Positions 1 to 8,717 are shown, counted from the stretch's first letter. The stretch is 34,324 bases of DNA from Myxococcales bacterium (GCA_027005175.1 JALTMC010000836.1:1-34324); one strand, 5' to 3'. Program-made: numbers and translations. The notes: generated by a model not told the origin, from the sequence alone.

Positions 1-544
1 TGCAGGGAGCACCGATATCACCACCTTCCTGGCATTGCTTCTTTTTGGGATCACATGCCAAACCACGCTGACAGTCTTCCGTTTTGCTACATGCTTCTCC
101 AAGGGCTTTGGTTCCAGGTTTTCCCGTATCACCACAGCGACCCTTTGCATCGCATACCAAAGGTGCCTTACAGCCTTTGGTGTCGAGACATGGCTCTCCA
201 TTTCCCAGCGGCTCCAAGCACTTTTGACCTGAGCATCGCTCTTTGCCACTGCAATCACCGTCTTTTTCGCAGGACTTGCCTTTCAGTTGACACTTCTTCT
301 CGACGCACTTAAGCCCTTTCTCACACTCTGAGTCCTTGGTACACGGTGTGTTTTCGGTGCTGCCTGAAGCACATCTTTCATTCACACATTTGAGGCTATC
401 TTTGCAGTCGGAACCAAAAATACAAGGGGCACCCGGATCTCCTAGCTCTTTGCCACAGGCAGGAATGCCAATGATTAACCCTGTGAAAAGGAAGACCAAA
501 AGACCTCGTCCTATTCTCGTACTTGGCGTTGACTTCAACATCAT
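1..544 (-). CDS. Cys-rich repeat lipoprotein, partial (runs off the left edge; absent from the ORF track)
   Basis: Manual translation from ATG at 544 (SD AAGGA upstream): MMLKSTPSTRIGRGLLVFLFTGLIIGIPAC, a signal peptide with lipobox. At least 5 C-x5-C-x5-C-x4/6-C repeats follow (CIFGSDCKDSLKCVNERC, CTKDSECEKGLKCVEKKC, CEKDGDCSGKERCSGQKC...). No stop before position 1. Confidence 0.85.
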   Translation of the reverse strand, partial: MMLKSTPSTRIGRGLLVFLFTGLIIGIPACGKELGDPGAPCIFGSDCKDSLKCVNERCASGSTENTPCTKDSECEKGLKCVEKKCQLKGKSCEKDGDCSGKERCSGQKCLEPLGNGEPCLDTKGCKAPLVCDAKGRCGDTGKPGTKALGEACSKTEDCQRGLACDPKKKQCQEGGDIGAPC

Positions 545-909
545 TCTTTCCTTTTGCTGTACATCATAGAAAGCAAGACAAATAGGAGGTTTTCCTGTTG
601 TATCGCTCTCACTGCATTTCTTACGCAGCGTCACTGTATGACCTAGAAATAGGCGATTTCGTCTCGTCAAGCAAGAAAGCTCTGTAGAGAGAGCCCGTAT
701 TGTTCTAACGAAACCCCCGACATGCTATGGTGCTGGGCCGGGTCGCATTCGGTACCGCGTACCCCCGCAACAAGGAGGTTTAAGCAGCCCGCGATATAGG
801 TAAAGGCAGGTGCTTTAGCTATCATAGCTATGAGTGTTCTCTATTATCGCAATCGTCTTTTTCCCTTGACATGGCTGCTTTTGTATTCAGAAGGGGCTCT
901 CCTACTCTC

Positions 910-938
910 TTGACCACTTACAAATAGAGGTGTAGACT
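910..938 (+). promoter_or_regulatory. Putative sigma70 promoter for the Rpn gene
   Basis: TTGACC (910-915), 17-nt spacer, TAGACT (933-938), 45 nt before the ATG at 984. Confidence 0.5.
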
Positions 939-983
939 CTTGAGTTGATTGCTTTTGTTGGAGTCTATGAAGAGTTATGAACA

Positions 984-1955
984 ATGCCTGAAGAGCTACT
1001 TTCTCCCAAAGTTGACTTTGTGTTCAAAGCCTTATTTGGGCAAGAACACAGCAAGCCTATGTTGATCAGCTTGCTCAATGCAGTGCTGGAACGAACCGAT
1101 GATGACTTGATCATTGAAGTGGAACTCCTCACTCCAGAGTTGGGTAAACAAAGCCTCTTGGCGAAAGGTCCTGTTCTGGATATACGAGCGAAAGATCAGC
1201 TTGCTCGTATCTTTGATATTGAGATTCAGTGCCAATGGCATACGATGTTTCGAGAGAGAATGGTCTACTACTGGGCGCAGATTTTTGGTAACCAACTTAG
1301 AGTCGGGCATGATTATGACAAACTCCGACCTGTACTCTCCATTGTGTTTACCGATTTTAAGATGTTCGCAGAGATTGATAGATACCATACTTGCTGGATG
1401 TGGCAAGAAAGAGAAGCAGGAGTAACCCTGACTGATATGGGGCAGATTCATTTCATTGAGCTTCCCAAATTTACGGCGGAAGTGTCTGATGTGGCAGATC
1501 CGTTGGAAAAGTGGGTCTTCTTTTTAAAGGAGGGTGACAAGATGAGTCCAGAAATCGTAGAGAAATGGAAAGATGAGAACTACAGGAAGGCTCTTGAGGA
1601 GTTAGAGCGGCTGAGTCAAGATCCGGCTATGCGTATGGAATATGATTCCAGGATGAGGATGCATCGTGATTACTATTCAGGAATGGCCCTCTCTTATAAG
1701 GAAGGGTTGCGAGAGGGTGAGGAGATCGGGGAAAAAAGAGGGGAAGAAAGAGGCAAGCAAGAAGGTCTTTCTATTTTAGAAGCAGGGCTGAGAGAAGCGA
1801 TTTGCTCTATCGCCCAACAACGTTTTCCCCGAATACGAAAAACCACTCTTGAGCGACTTGATCTTCTCAACCACGATGAACTACAACAACTTCTTAAACA
1901 AATATTTGACTTTGAAGACGTCGCTGCTTTTCGTAACTCTCTTCCCAAGGCATAA
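984..1955 (+). CDS. Rpn family recombination-promoting nuclease / PD-(D/E)XK putative transposase (PDDEXK_2-like)
   Basis: PKVDFVFKALFG N-terminus, LDIRAK..DIEIQ catalytic motif, R..YYWA, IHFIELPKF, LEKW..FL, and a C-terminal EG-rich tract (EGLREGEEIGEKRGEERGKQEG). Confidence 0.9.
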   Translation: MPEELLSPKVDFVFKALFGQEHSKPMLISLLNAVLERTDDDLIIEVELLTPELGKQSLLAKGPVLDIRAKDQLARIFDIEIQCQWHTMFRERMVYYWAQIFGNQLRVGHDYDKLRPVLSIVFTDFKMFAEIDRYHTCWMWQEREAGVTLTDMGQIHFIELPKFTAEVSDVADPLEKWVFFLKEGDKMSPEIVEKWKDENYRKALEELERLSQDPAMRMEYDSRMRMHRDYYSGMALSYKEGLREGEEIGEKRGEERGKQEGLSILEAGLREAICSIAQQRFPRIRKTTLERLDLLNHDELQQLLKQIFDFEDVAAFRNSLPKA

Positions 1956-1965
1956 GAGCAGACGG

Positions 1966-3810
1966 TCATCCATGATTTTTGCGGGTGGATTTCTTGTGTT
2001 TGTGTCCTTTGTGTTTCGTGGGCTTCTTTCTTTTGGGTTGGAGGCGTTTGGTTGCATAGGCTACAGCACGGCGTACTGAGAGGCTGGGATCTTTTTGAAG
2101 GGTTTTGAGTGCTTTGAGGATCTTTTTACGAATGTAGTTTCGGATCTTGCCTACGTGAGCGAGAGTATAGGCAGCTTGGGTACGAAGCTCGGGGTCGGGT
2201 GATTGTAAAGTCTTTGTGATGATTCGAATGGCTCGTCGAGAGCGGGGTGCGAGCTGTTGGAGTGTTTTGAGTGCGTCGAGAGAGAACTCGTCGTCTTTCT
2301 TTTTGAGTAGGCGTGTGAGGGCTTTGACGCCGCGTCGAGAGCCGATACGAGCCAGTGCCCGAATGACAGCATGTTTGACGGTGGTATCTTTCTCTCGTCG
2401 GAGTCGTCGGCTCAGGGAGCGGGCGGCTTTGCGAGCTTTTCGGCCAAATCTCCCCAAGGCTCGGACCACAGCGAGTCTGATCCCTGCGTGGTCATCCCGA
2501 AGGTTTCGACGAAACGCAGTGACGGACCAGCGTTGGAGTCCAATACGGACAAGTGTCTTAATCGCAGCGAGACGGACTTCGATACGTTTGTCTTTGTACA
2601 ACAGTCTGACAAGGGCAGGGACTGCTTTACGGGATTTCTTTCCCATTCGCCAGATATGAAGGGCTGTTTCCTCTCGAACCTGCCAGGAACGATCGCGACG
2701 TAGTCGTCGGATTAATCCATAGATCGCTTGTTGTGCTTGCATTCTACACAAGGCATGAACTGCCGCAAGCCGAACCTCTTCAGCGTTGTCACGAAGTCTA
2801 CGACGAAGAAGTCGGTGTGTTTGTTTTGCAGCACGTGGCCCCATTTGACCTAAAGCTTCGGCAGCATGGCGACGAACTTCAGCCTTTCTGGCCCGAAGTA
2901 ACTTCTTTAAGACAGGGATGATCTTGTTGCTTTGTTTGCCCAAAGCTTCCGAAGCAAGAGAGCGCACCGTTGCATCTTTGTCATACAAGGCGTCTAGCAG
3001 CTTTTGAATGACACGATTGTCGAGAGGCCCCATACGAATCAATGCCCACACGACACTGCGTCGAACGCCCTCACTGGTATCCTGAAATCGCTTGTTTAAA
3101 GCGGGAATGGTTTGTCTGGCTGACAGGCCGATATGTCCTAGGGCGCGAGCAGCAGCTTCCCTTACAGAGGGAGCTTGGGCGCTGAGATTTTTTTGCAAGA
3201 CAGGCAAGATCCGGGGCAAGGACACGGTGTATTGGGCTCCAATACGACCCAATGCATAGGTTGCGAAGCTTCGAGGTTTGGTGGCTTGCTTGCGAGCCAT
3301 CTGAAGTAAATTAGGTAGCACAAAGCGAGCGGCAGAACCCATTCTTGCGAAGGTGATCGCCATTTGGGCGCGGACCTCGGGATGAGGATCTTGTAGAGCT
3401 TTCTTCAGTCGAAAGATAAATGTCGCTGGGTGGGTTTTAAATCGGCCTAAAGCGATTGCGGCAAGGACACGAACCTTCACATCTTTGTCGCGGAGAACTC
3501 GCACCAGGGCGGGTATGATTCTTTTGTAATAGGAGCTTTGGTTGCCCAGGTATACCACTGCTTTGCGTCGAACATCTTTGCTTGGGTCTTGAAGGGCTTG
3601 GAGATGCCAGTTGATGACGGTGTCTTGAAACTCTGTCCATCGTCTTATTCGCTCTAAGGCTCGAATACGCGACCAGGCATCTGGGTTGTGTAGTTCGTCA
3701 ACCCATCGTTTAAACTTTTTGTCCTGGTCGGGCTTCTCCTGGCTGGCCCAGACGCTTCCCACACCAATACACCAAGCAGCGAGAAAGAGCATACTCCAAA
3801 AGCGCATCAT
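1966..3810 (-). CDS. Secreted HEAT-repeat (PBS lyase HEAT-like) protein, very basic
   Basis: Many L.D....VR..AA.ALG repeats; signal peptide MMRFWSMLFLAAWCIGVGSVWA. Start moved from 3888 to 3810 because GGAGG lies upstream of 3810 and 3888 falls inside an inverted-repeat arm. Confidence 0.85.
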   Translation of the reverse strand: MMRFWSMLFLAAWCIGVGSVWASQEKPDQDKKFKRWVDELHNPDAWSRIRALERIRRWTEFQDTVINWHLQALQDPSKDVRRKAVVYLGNQSSYYKRIIPALVRVLRDKDVKVRVLAAIALGRFKTHPATFIFRLKKALQDPHPEVRAQMAITFARMGSAARFVLPNLLQMARKQATKPRSFATYALGRIGAQYTVSLPRILPVLQKNLSAQAPSVREAAARALGHIGLSARQTIPALNKRFQDTSEGVRRSVVWALIRMGPLDNRVIQKLLDALYDKDATVRSLASEALGKQSNKIIPVLKKLLRARKAEVRRHAAEALGQMGPRAAKQTHRLLRRRLRDNAEEVRLAAVHALCRMQAQQAIYGLIRRLRRDRSWQVREETALHIWRMGKKSRKAVPALVRLLYKDKRIEVRLAAIKTLVRIGLQRWSVTAFRRNLRDDHAGIRLAVVRALGRFGRKARKAARSLSRRLRREKDTTVKHAVIRALARIGSRRGVKALTRLLKKKDDEFSLDALKTLQQLAPRSRRAIRIITKTLQSPDPELRTQAAYTLAHVGKIRNYIRKKILKALKTLQKDPSLSVRRAVAYATKRLQPKRKKPTKHKGHKHKKSTRKNHG

Positions 3811-3880
3811 ACCTGCTTTGACCTCCTTGTTGGGTTTGGACGGGTCTCTGCTCTCTTGCGATAAGGGAGCCTTACGGTAC

Positions 3881-3937
3881 GATACCATAGCATGAGGATT
3901 TACGAAAAAAGACCGTAAATCCTCATGCTATGGTATC
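3881..3937. repeat. Perfect 24-bp inverted repeat with 9-nt loop
   Basis: GATACCATAGCATGAGGATTTACG (3881-3904) / CGTAAATCCTCATGCTATGGTATC (3914-3937). Confidence 0.95.
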
Positions 3938-3996
3938 TGCTATAGAAGGGGACTTTCGACCGGTGTTAACGGGCTTCTTCTCCTACTTGCAGAAAT

Positions 3997-4168
3997 TCAT
4001 GCTTTTGGGCTTGGTATGGAAGGACTGTCTCTGATAGGTGGTTCGAAGCTGTCATGCTTTTGGGCTTGGTATGGAAGGACTGTCTCTGATAGGTGGTTCG
4101 AATCTGATTTCTATGCTTGAAACAGGTGGTTCGAATCTGATTTCTATGCTTGAAACAGGTGGTTAGAA
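3997..4168. repeat. Compound tandem repeat (2x 51 bp with period 55; 2x 33 bp) anchored on the cyoE stop codon
   Basis: 51-bp copies at 3997-4047 and 4052-4102; 33-bp copies at 4091-4123 and 4124-4156. The 12-mer AGGTGGTTMGAA occurs at 4036, 4091, 4124 and 4157; the last copy spans the cyoE TAA. Confidence 0.95.
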
Positions 4169-5080
4169 GATGGTTCCCATGATCAAAGCTCCGAAGAGGA
4201 GGACGAGGTAGAGGAGGGTATGCAAGAAAAATCGTTTGGCTTGTTTCACAGGTTGAGTGCTCTGCAACCAAGAAAGGCAAGAGCCAAAGATCCAGCCTCC
4301 AAGCATAAGTGCGGGGGCTCCGTACCACCAACTCGCTTGCTGCCATGCGATGGGTAGAAGGCTTGCTAGAATCAGACCCAGGGTGAAAAGGAAGACGACA
4401 TATCGCGTCGCTTTCATCCCATATACACCTGTGAATGTTGGGATATTTGCTTTTGCATACTGAGATCGCAGTCCCATAGCAAGAGCGAGAGAGTGAACAA
4501 GTTGCCAAAAGATCATAATAATGAACAGAGAAGAGCCTTCGAGAGAGATACTGTTTGCGGCAGCGGTCCAGCCCATGAGAGCGGGAATTGCGCCAGGCAA
4601 TGTACCGATCACAAAGGCAAGTGAAGTGCGTTTTTTGAGGGGGGTGTAAATCAAAGTATAGCTAACATAAGCGAGCGCACACAAAAGACCTGTGAGAGGA
4701 TTGACAGCAAACCATAGAATCAAGAACCCTGAGAGGCCGAGTCCTAGGCCAGTAAGCAGAGCTGTACGAGGAGGCAATCGATGAGCAGGCAATGGACGAT
4801 TCTGGGTGCGCGGCATCATCGCGTCGGTATTTCTCTCCAAGAACATATTGAGCGCACAGGCACCTCCGACAGAGAGGCCTGTGCCGATCAAAGTTGCCAG
4901 GGTCAGCCACATCGAGATCGGAGTGGTTGCTAGCCAAAGACCTCCGCCAGCGGTCAGCACGGAAGAGAAAACAATCCCAGGCTTTGTTAATGCAATCACA
5001 TCACGAGTCCACTGTTTCACGGATGAACGTGAGGATGTGACATGGGTGGATGGGCTCAAAGAAGTTGTGTTCAATGCCAT
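4163..5080 (-). CDS. cyoE: Heme O synthase (protoheme IX farnesyltransferase, CyoE/CtaB)
   Basis: LTKPGI, ALNMFLERNTDAMMPRTQNRPLP, YTPLKK, GAIPALMGWTAA and FWQ..H motifs; multiple TM helices; overlaps the upstream gene by 10 nt. Confidence 0.95.
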   Translation of the reverse strand: MALNTTSLSPSTHVTSSRSSVKQWTRDVIALTKPGIVFSSVLTAGGGLWLATTPISMWLTLATLIGTGLSVGGACALNMFLERNTDAMMPRTQNRPLPAHRLPPRTALLTGLGLGLSGFLILWFAVNPLTGLLCALAYVSYTLIYTPLKKRTSLAFVIGTLPGAIPALMGWTAAANSISLEGSSLFIIMIFWQLVHSLALAMGLRSQYAKANIPTFTGVYGMKATRYVVFLFTLGLILASLLPIAWQQASWWYGAPALMLGGWIFGSCLSWLQSTQPVKQAKRFFLHTLLYLVLLFGALIMGTIF

Positions 5081-7164
5081 TGGAAACCTCGCACTTTGTT
5101 AAACAGAACCACTCTTCGGTAGGAGGGACGGAATCGGATGTTTCGCGATGTTTTGTAGTTCCATTCTTTGGAGTTCGGCGTGTCACTGATCTCGACACGT
5201 ACCTTGTGGAGACCTGCCTTCACCGGAACCCGTTCGATCGCAATACTGTTGCCATCTTCAAAGATGCCTTTGGGACGAAAGGAGCGTTGCGTGACGATCG
5301 CTCCGTCTACCCAAACACGCAGACGCACGGGAACACGTTTGCGCTGAACCTGCTTCATTCCACGCATATGTGGCAAGAGCTTTTCCTGTTCCTTTTTGGA
5401 TAAAGCCTTGGCTTTTATAAGCTGCCCTGGGTGTTTGAAGGATACAACCAGCATGGGGCGTTGGTCTGCCGCGCTCTGGTATGTTGCATCGCTGAGTCCC
5501 CATATCAGCCAGCCAAGCCCCATCAACACTACGATGGTCACGAGGCCAGCACCGATACGTTGGAAGGAGTCTTTTGGTGGTGCTTTTGTTTGTTCTCGAA
5601 AGGCCTTTGCTGTCTTTAAGAAAGCCTCGGGCTCGGAACGCTCAAAAGAGACGTGAAGCAGGGGTTTCCCATTCAACTTATCTTCGCGAAGTTGGGGCTC
5701 ACGTTTGCCTTCGATTCGTTGTGTGGTCCAGGTATCTCCAAGGCGACAGGCAGCATCGGGACCACAGCCCGCAACCAAAACCCCGTCTGCACCGTGACGA
5801 ATGGCTCTTTCGATGGTGAGCATATGAACCCAACCTGAGCATGGAACAGGACGTACACGGTACCCTGGTAGCTCATCACACAATCCTGTAACTTCATCGA
5901 CATGGAGAGAGCTTGCTGCAGATTCAGCGCAAACAAACGCCACCATCGGGGCATCCTTCTCTTTGGACTCATCCAGCCAACCGTCCATTTGTTTGCGTAC
6001 ATCAAGAGGCTCTAGCGCAGGAAATGTCACTCCATAAGAGTCGCATGAGCCAACACAAACCCCACACCCTACACATTTTGCAGGATCAACTTGCGCAAGC
6101 AGAGGATACTTGCCTTCTCTTGGAATCATGGAGATCGCGTTATAAGGGCAGTCTGTATAACATGCATTGCAAGCATTGCATCGAGAGGCGTTAATGACGG
6201 CAGCAGGGGCGCGTCGTCGGGCAAGCCACCATGGCATACTTAGAGCGATTAATGTTACTCCCATACTTAAGGCCCAAAGGGTGCCTCCTTGCAGTCGCTC
6301 TGTGAGATAAATGGGCAGCATATAGAACCAATCCATACCGAGGGTTGACGGCACAGCTTGCATCGCAGCGGGTTTGGATGAAAAAGCCGGAAAGAACAGT
6401 GAAATCGCGACAAGGCTTATACAAATTGCAACGGTCATCCGGGAGTTGGTGAGAAACCGCGACAAACTTAAACGAGTGATATGAATCCAGATCAGGACTG
6501 CGAAGACCAGAGGGATGAGCATATGAAAAAAGAAGATAATAAAGAACAGCAAGCTATTGACGCTGCTATTGACCAGAAAAGAACGAGAGAGAGGATCTGC
6601 AAAGATAGGCAAGACATCGAGAAGTTTGGATGTACCCACAGCGATTTGAGCGGCGCGATCATCCCAAACCAGCCAATATCCGGTCCAACCTACAAACCAC
6701 AAGGTCGCCATGGCAAGGATTCCTGTGATCCAGGCTAGCCATTGGGGGCCTGTTATTTTTCGGGCGAGGATAATCTGTATCGCATGCAGGAGTACAAATA
6801 ACATACAAGCGTCTGAGCTATACCTATGAAGAGAGCGTAGAAGTTGGGCTAGCCATGGAGACTGCTTCATCATCTCCAATGAAGTATAAGCTTTGTGTAC
6901 ACTGGGAACATACCAAAAGAGTAGCAGGACCCCTGTGATTGCGGCAATGATAAATGTGACATTGGCAATAGCACCCAACTGCGTTAAAGGGTGCAATGCC
7001 TCTGGAATCCATTTTCCAACCATGGTCCGAAGCCACAGCCAGCCGCGCTCCAAAAAGCGCAACACAGATTCTCCCCATACAAGGGTACCAGGTCGTGTCT
7101 GCTCTACTTTATGTTGCGAACGATGGACCATCCTATTTTCAGATGGTGCGACGACTTCTTTCAC
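5071..7164 (-). CDS. Cytochrome b-like domain fused to 2x[4Fe-4S] ferredoxin, MvhD/FlpD-type [2Fe-2S] domain and a C-terminal extracytoplasmic domain
   Basis: Two H-x13-H heme pairs (HRYSSDACMLFVLLH; HMLIPLVFAVLIWIH), GWTGYWLVW, DWFY at the PEWY position; CNACNACYTDCP and CVGCGVCVGSC; MvhD-like AFVC...PCSG...GADGVLVAGC-x5-C; then a TM helix and a soluble domain. GTG start with SD AAGGGAG. Confidence 0.85.
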   Translation of the reverse strand: MKEVVAPSENRMVHRSQHKVEQTRPGTLVWGESVLRFLERGWLWLRTMVGKWIPEALHPLTQLGAIANVTFIIAAITGVLLLFWYVPSVHKAYTSLEMMKQSPWLAQLLRSLHRYSSDACMLFVLLHAIQIILARKITGPQWLAWITGILAMATLWFVGWTGYWLVWDDRAAQIAVGTSKLLDVLPIFADPLSRSFLVNSSVNSLLFFIIFFFHMLIPLVFAVLIWIHITRLSLSRFLTNSRMTVAICISLVAISLFFPAFSSKPAAMQAVPSTLGMDWFYMLPIYLTERLQGGTLWALSMGVTLIALSMPWWLARRRAPAAVINASRCNACNACYTDCPYNAISMIPREGKYPLLAQVDPAKCVGCGVCVGSCDSYGVTFPALEPLDVRKQMDGWLDESKEKDAPMVAFVCAESAASSLHVDEVTGLCDELPGYRVRPVPCSGWVHMLTIERAIRHGADGVLVAGCGPDAACRLGDTWTTQRIEGKREPQLREDKLNGKPLLHVSFERSEPEAFLKTAKAFREQTKAPPKDSFQRIGAGLVTIVVLMGLGWLIWGLSDATYQSAADQRPMLVVSFKHPGQLIKAKALSKKEQEKLLPHMRGMKQVQRKRVPVRLRVWVDGAIVTQRSFRPKGIFEDGNSIAIERVPVKAGLHKVRVEISDTPNSKEWNYKTSRNIRFRPSYRRVVLFNKVRGFQWH

Positions 7165-7230
7165 TCTCGTATTCTCCCTTCTTCTATGTAACAGGAAGGA
7201 TCATTGATCCAACAAATGTTACATCTTTCG

Positions 7231-7278
7231 GATTGGCACGCCAGCTTTACCGTGTCTTGGATGACTGGCATGTCAATC
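7231..7278. repeat. Imperfect 14-bp inverted repeat between sco and the cytochrome b fusion gene
   Basis: GATTGGCACGCCAG (7231-7244) / CTGGCATGTCAATC (7265-7278), 2 mismatches. Confidence 0.6.
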
Positions 7279-7352
7279 TTGTTGCGTTATCGATCCTACA
7301 TGGGTCCATGCTCTCTGATTCATGGCCCATCCAAAGGCAAACGGGTTGCTTA

Positions 7353-8327
7353 TTAACTTTGAGTCTTTGATGTAGGGGTGGTCTGACCTTCGCGGAGAAG
7401 CAATTGCAAAGCCTGAGTCAGCCAGGATTCTTGCCGCTTTCCAAGCGTAAAACGATAGGCGATCTTGCCTTTGCGATCGATCAGGATAAACAGGTTCACA
7501 TGATCGATAACCCCTGTTTTTGGATTTCGCTTTCGGGCAAAATTGAAAGAATCAAGCACGCGATTCACATCGCTAACTTCCCCTGTTAGCAAGTTAAAGG
7601 TCGGAGCTTTGACTTTGTGAGCTTTTGCCATATTGCTCAATCGTTGGGTGGTATCGCGTTTGGGATCAAGTGTGATCGCGAGCACATGAACATTCTTCTG
7701 TTGTTTTGGGGGCAATGTACGCAAGACTCGCTTGATCTGGGCGAGAATCATTGGGCACGTATAGCCACAAGAGGAGTACACTCCTGTCACCATCACAACC
7801 TTGCCCCGAAACTGCTTTAAAGACACCTTCTGTTTTTCTTGGTTGAGCAATGTAAAAGAGGGTGGAGTATGAGTTGTACGCAGAGCTTCCGCAGGGAAGG
7901 CTTTTTCTTTTTTGGAAGAAGAGGCTGGCTTGTATACCAGCGCAAAGGTCACTCCTGTTGAACTTACCAGAAGAAAAGACACCGCAATATAGGGGAGGAA
8001 AGGACGAACCCCTCGACGCAGCTGGACAAACAAGCGCCCCCCCCAAACAAGAAGTATCACTCCCACAAGCACAAATGTGCTGGCAAGCATAGAGAACACA
8101 TAGCCCCAGTCGAGATTGCCAGTGGTAGGGTTGTAACCAAAACACCACACTTTAAAATCTTGAACCATGCCTCCCCATAAAGAAGATGTGCTGGGAAGAA
8201 GTAAAACACCAAACATCAAGACATTGAGAAAGACAACTGTAGACAATGCAAAGGCAGGAAACTGCCATCCATTAAAGAAACGTTCTACCACTCCGAGGCT
8301 CTCAAAGCTATGTTTTTCTGAGCGCAT
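7353..8327 (-). CDS. SCO1/SenC copper chaperone with an extended N-terminal membrane region (about 3 TM)
   Basis: CGYTCP (CxxxC) plus IDH His ligand; thioredoxin-fold motifs FTLLNQ, ITLDPKRDT, LIDRKGKI. Start placed at ATG 8327 behind GGAGG (the track starts at 8360). Confidence 0.9.
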   Translation of the reverse strand: MRSEKHSFESLGVVERFFNGWQFPAFALSTVVFLNVLMFGVLLLPSTSSLWGGMVQDFKVWCFGYNPTTGNLDWGYVFSMLASTFVLVGVILLVWGGRLFVQLRRGVRPFLPYIAVSFLLVSSTGVTFALVYKPASSSKKEKAFPAEALRTTHTPPSFTLLNQEKQKVSLKQFRGKVVMVTGVYSSCGYTCPMILAQIKRVLRTLPPKQQKNVHVLAITLDPKRDTTQRLSNMAKAHKVKAPTFNLLTGEVSDVNRVLDSFNFARKRNPKTGVIDHVNLFILIDRKGKIAYRFTLGKRQESWLTQALQLLLREGQTTPTSKTQS

Positions 8328-8387
8328 TACGACCCCTCCCCAAGAGAAAAAAGAAAGCAAAGAGAAAATTGGGACCTTATCCTGGTG

Positions 8388-8534
8388 CGTATGGGCTGAA
8401 CCCTCACTATGAGGAAGAAAAAACCGACGAAAATCGGCTCAACTCTCTCGTTTTTCCTGAGGGACAAAGTGTTCAGAGTGCCCCGAAGGGATAGTTCAGA
8501 GAACCTCAGAGTGGGGCTTCAGCCCCACGGATAT
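8388..8534. repeat. Dispersed ~145-bp REP/REPIN-like palindromic element, copy 1
   Basis: Inverted termini TGGGCTGAACCCTCACTATGAGG ... CCTCAGAGTGGGGCTTCAGCCCCACG; internal CCGA..TCGG and CCCGAAGGG hairpins; colinear with 26403-26547. Confidence 0.9.
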
Positions 8535-8583
8535 ACAGGATATTTCGCTATATCCATTTCTTTTACAGGCTGCCAGGTTCCCA

Positions 8584-8641
8584 TCATAAGAATGTCATCC
8601 GGATTTTTCATAAGAATGTCATCCGGATTTTTCATAAGAAT
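8584..8641. repeat. 24-bp tandem repeat, 2.4 copies
   Basis: TCATAAGAATGTCATCCGGATTTT at 8584 and 8608, partial copy at 8632. Confidence 0.95.
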
Positions 8642-8647
8642 ATAGAG

Positions 8648-8713
8648 CTAGCCCGCATGATTCACGTTGTTTGTCGCAAGCCGTAGCAGAGTGTTTGTGA
8701 ATCATGTGGGCTA
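8648..8713. mobile_element. Small MITE-like element with 17-bp inverted termini, copy 1
   Basis: TAGCCCGCATGATTCAC (8649-8665) / GTGAATCATGTGGGCTA (8697-8713); a related copy lies at 18457. Mobility is inferred only. Confidence 0.55.
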
Positions 8714-8717
8714 TGGA

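Noticed and set aside
735-815. SRP RNA, tmRNA or a known riboswitch
   Set aside because: AAGCAGC is present but the SRP CAGG/GGAA loop is not; no tmRNA ends or riboswitch consensus recognised.
984-1955. Active IS element
   Set aside because: No terminal inverted repeats or target duplication seen; Rpn-family proteins are not established transposases.
3997-4168. CRISPR array or tRNA fragments (GGTTCGAA resembles a T-loop)
   Set aside because: The intervening sequences are themselves duplicated, no T-stem or cloverleaf forms, and there are no cas genes.
3966-4508. 180-aa ORF overlapping cyoE
   Set aside because: Alternate frame of cyoE running into the repeats; no protein-like features.
5071-7164. 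Hydrogenase subunit or bc1/b6f complex
   Set aside because: No NiFe/FeFe catalytic subunit, Rieske or cytochrome c1 gene nearby; only the MvhD-like and cytochrome b domains are present.
7234-7285. Sigma54 promoters (TGGCAC/TGGCAT)
   Set aside because: No TTGC at the -12 spacing, and the orientation is opposite to the operon; better explained as an inverted repeat.
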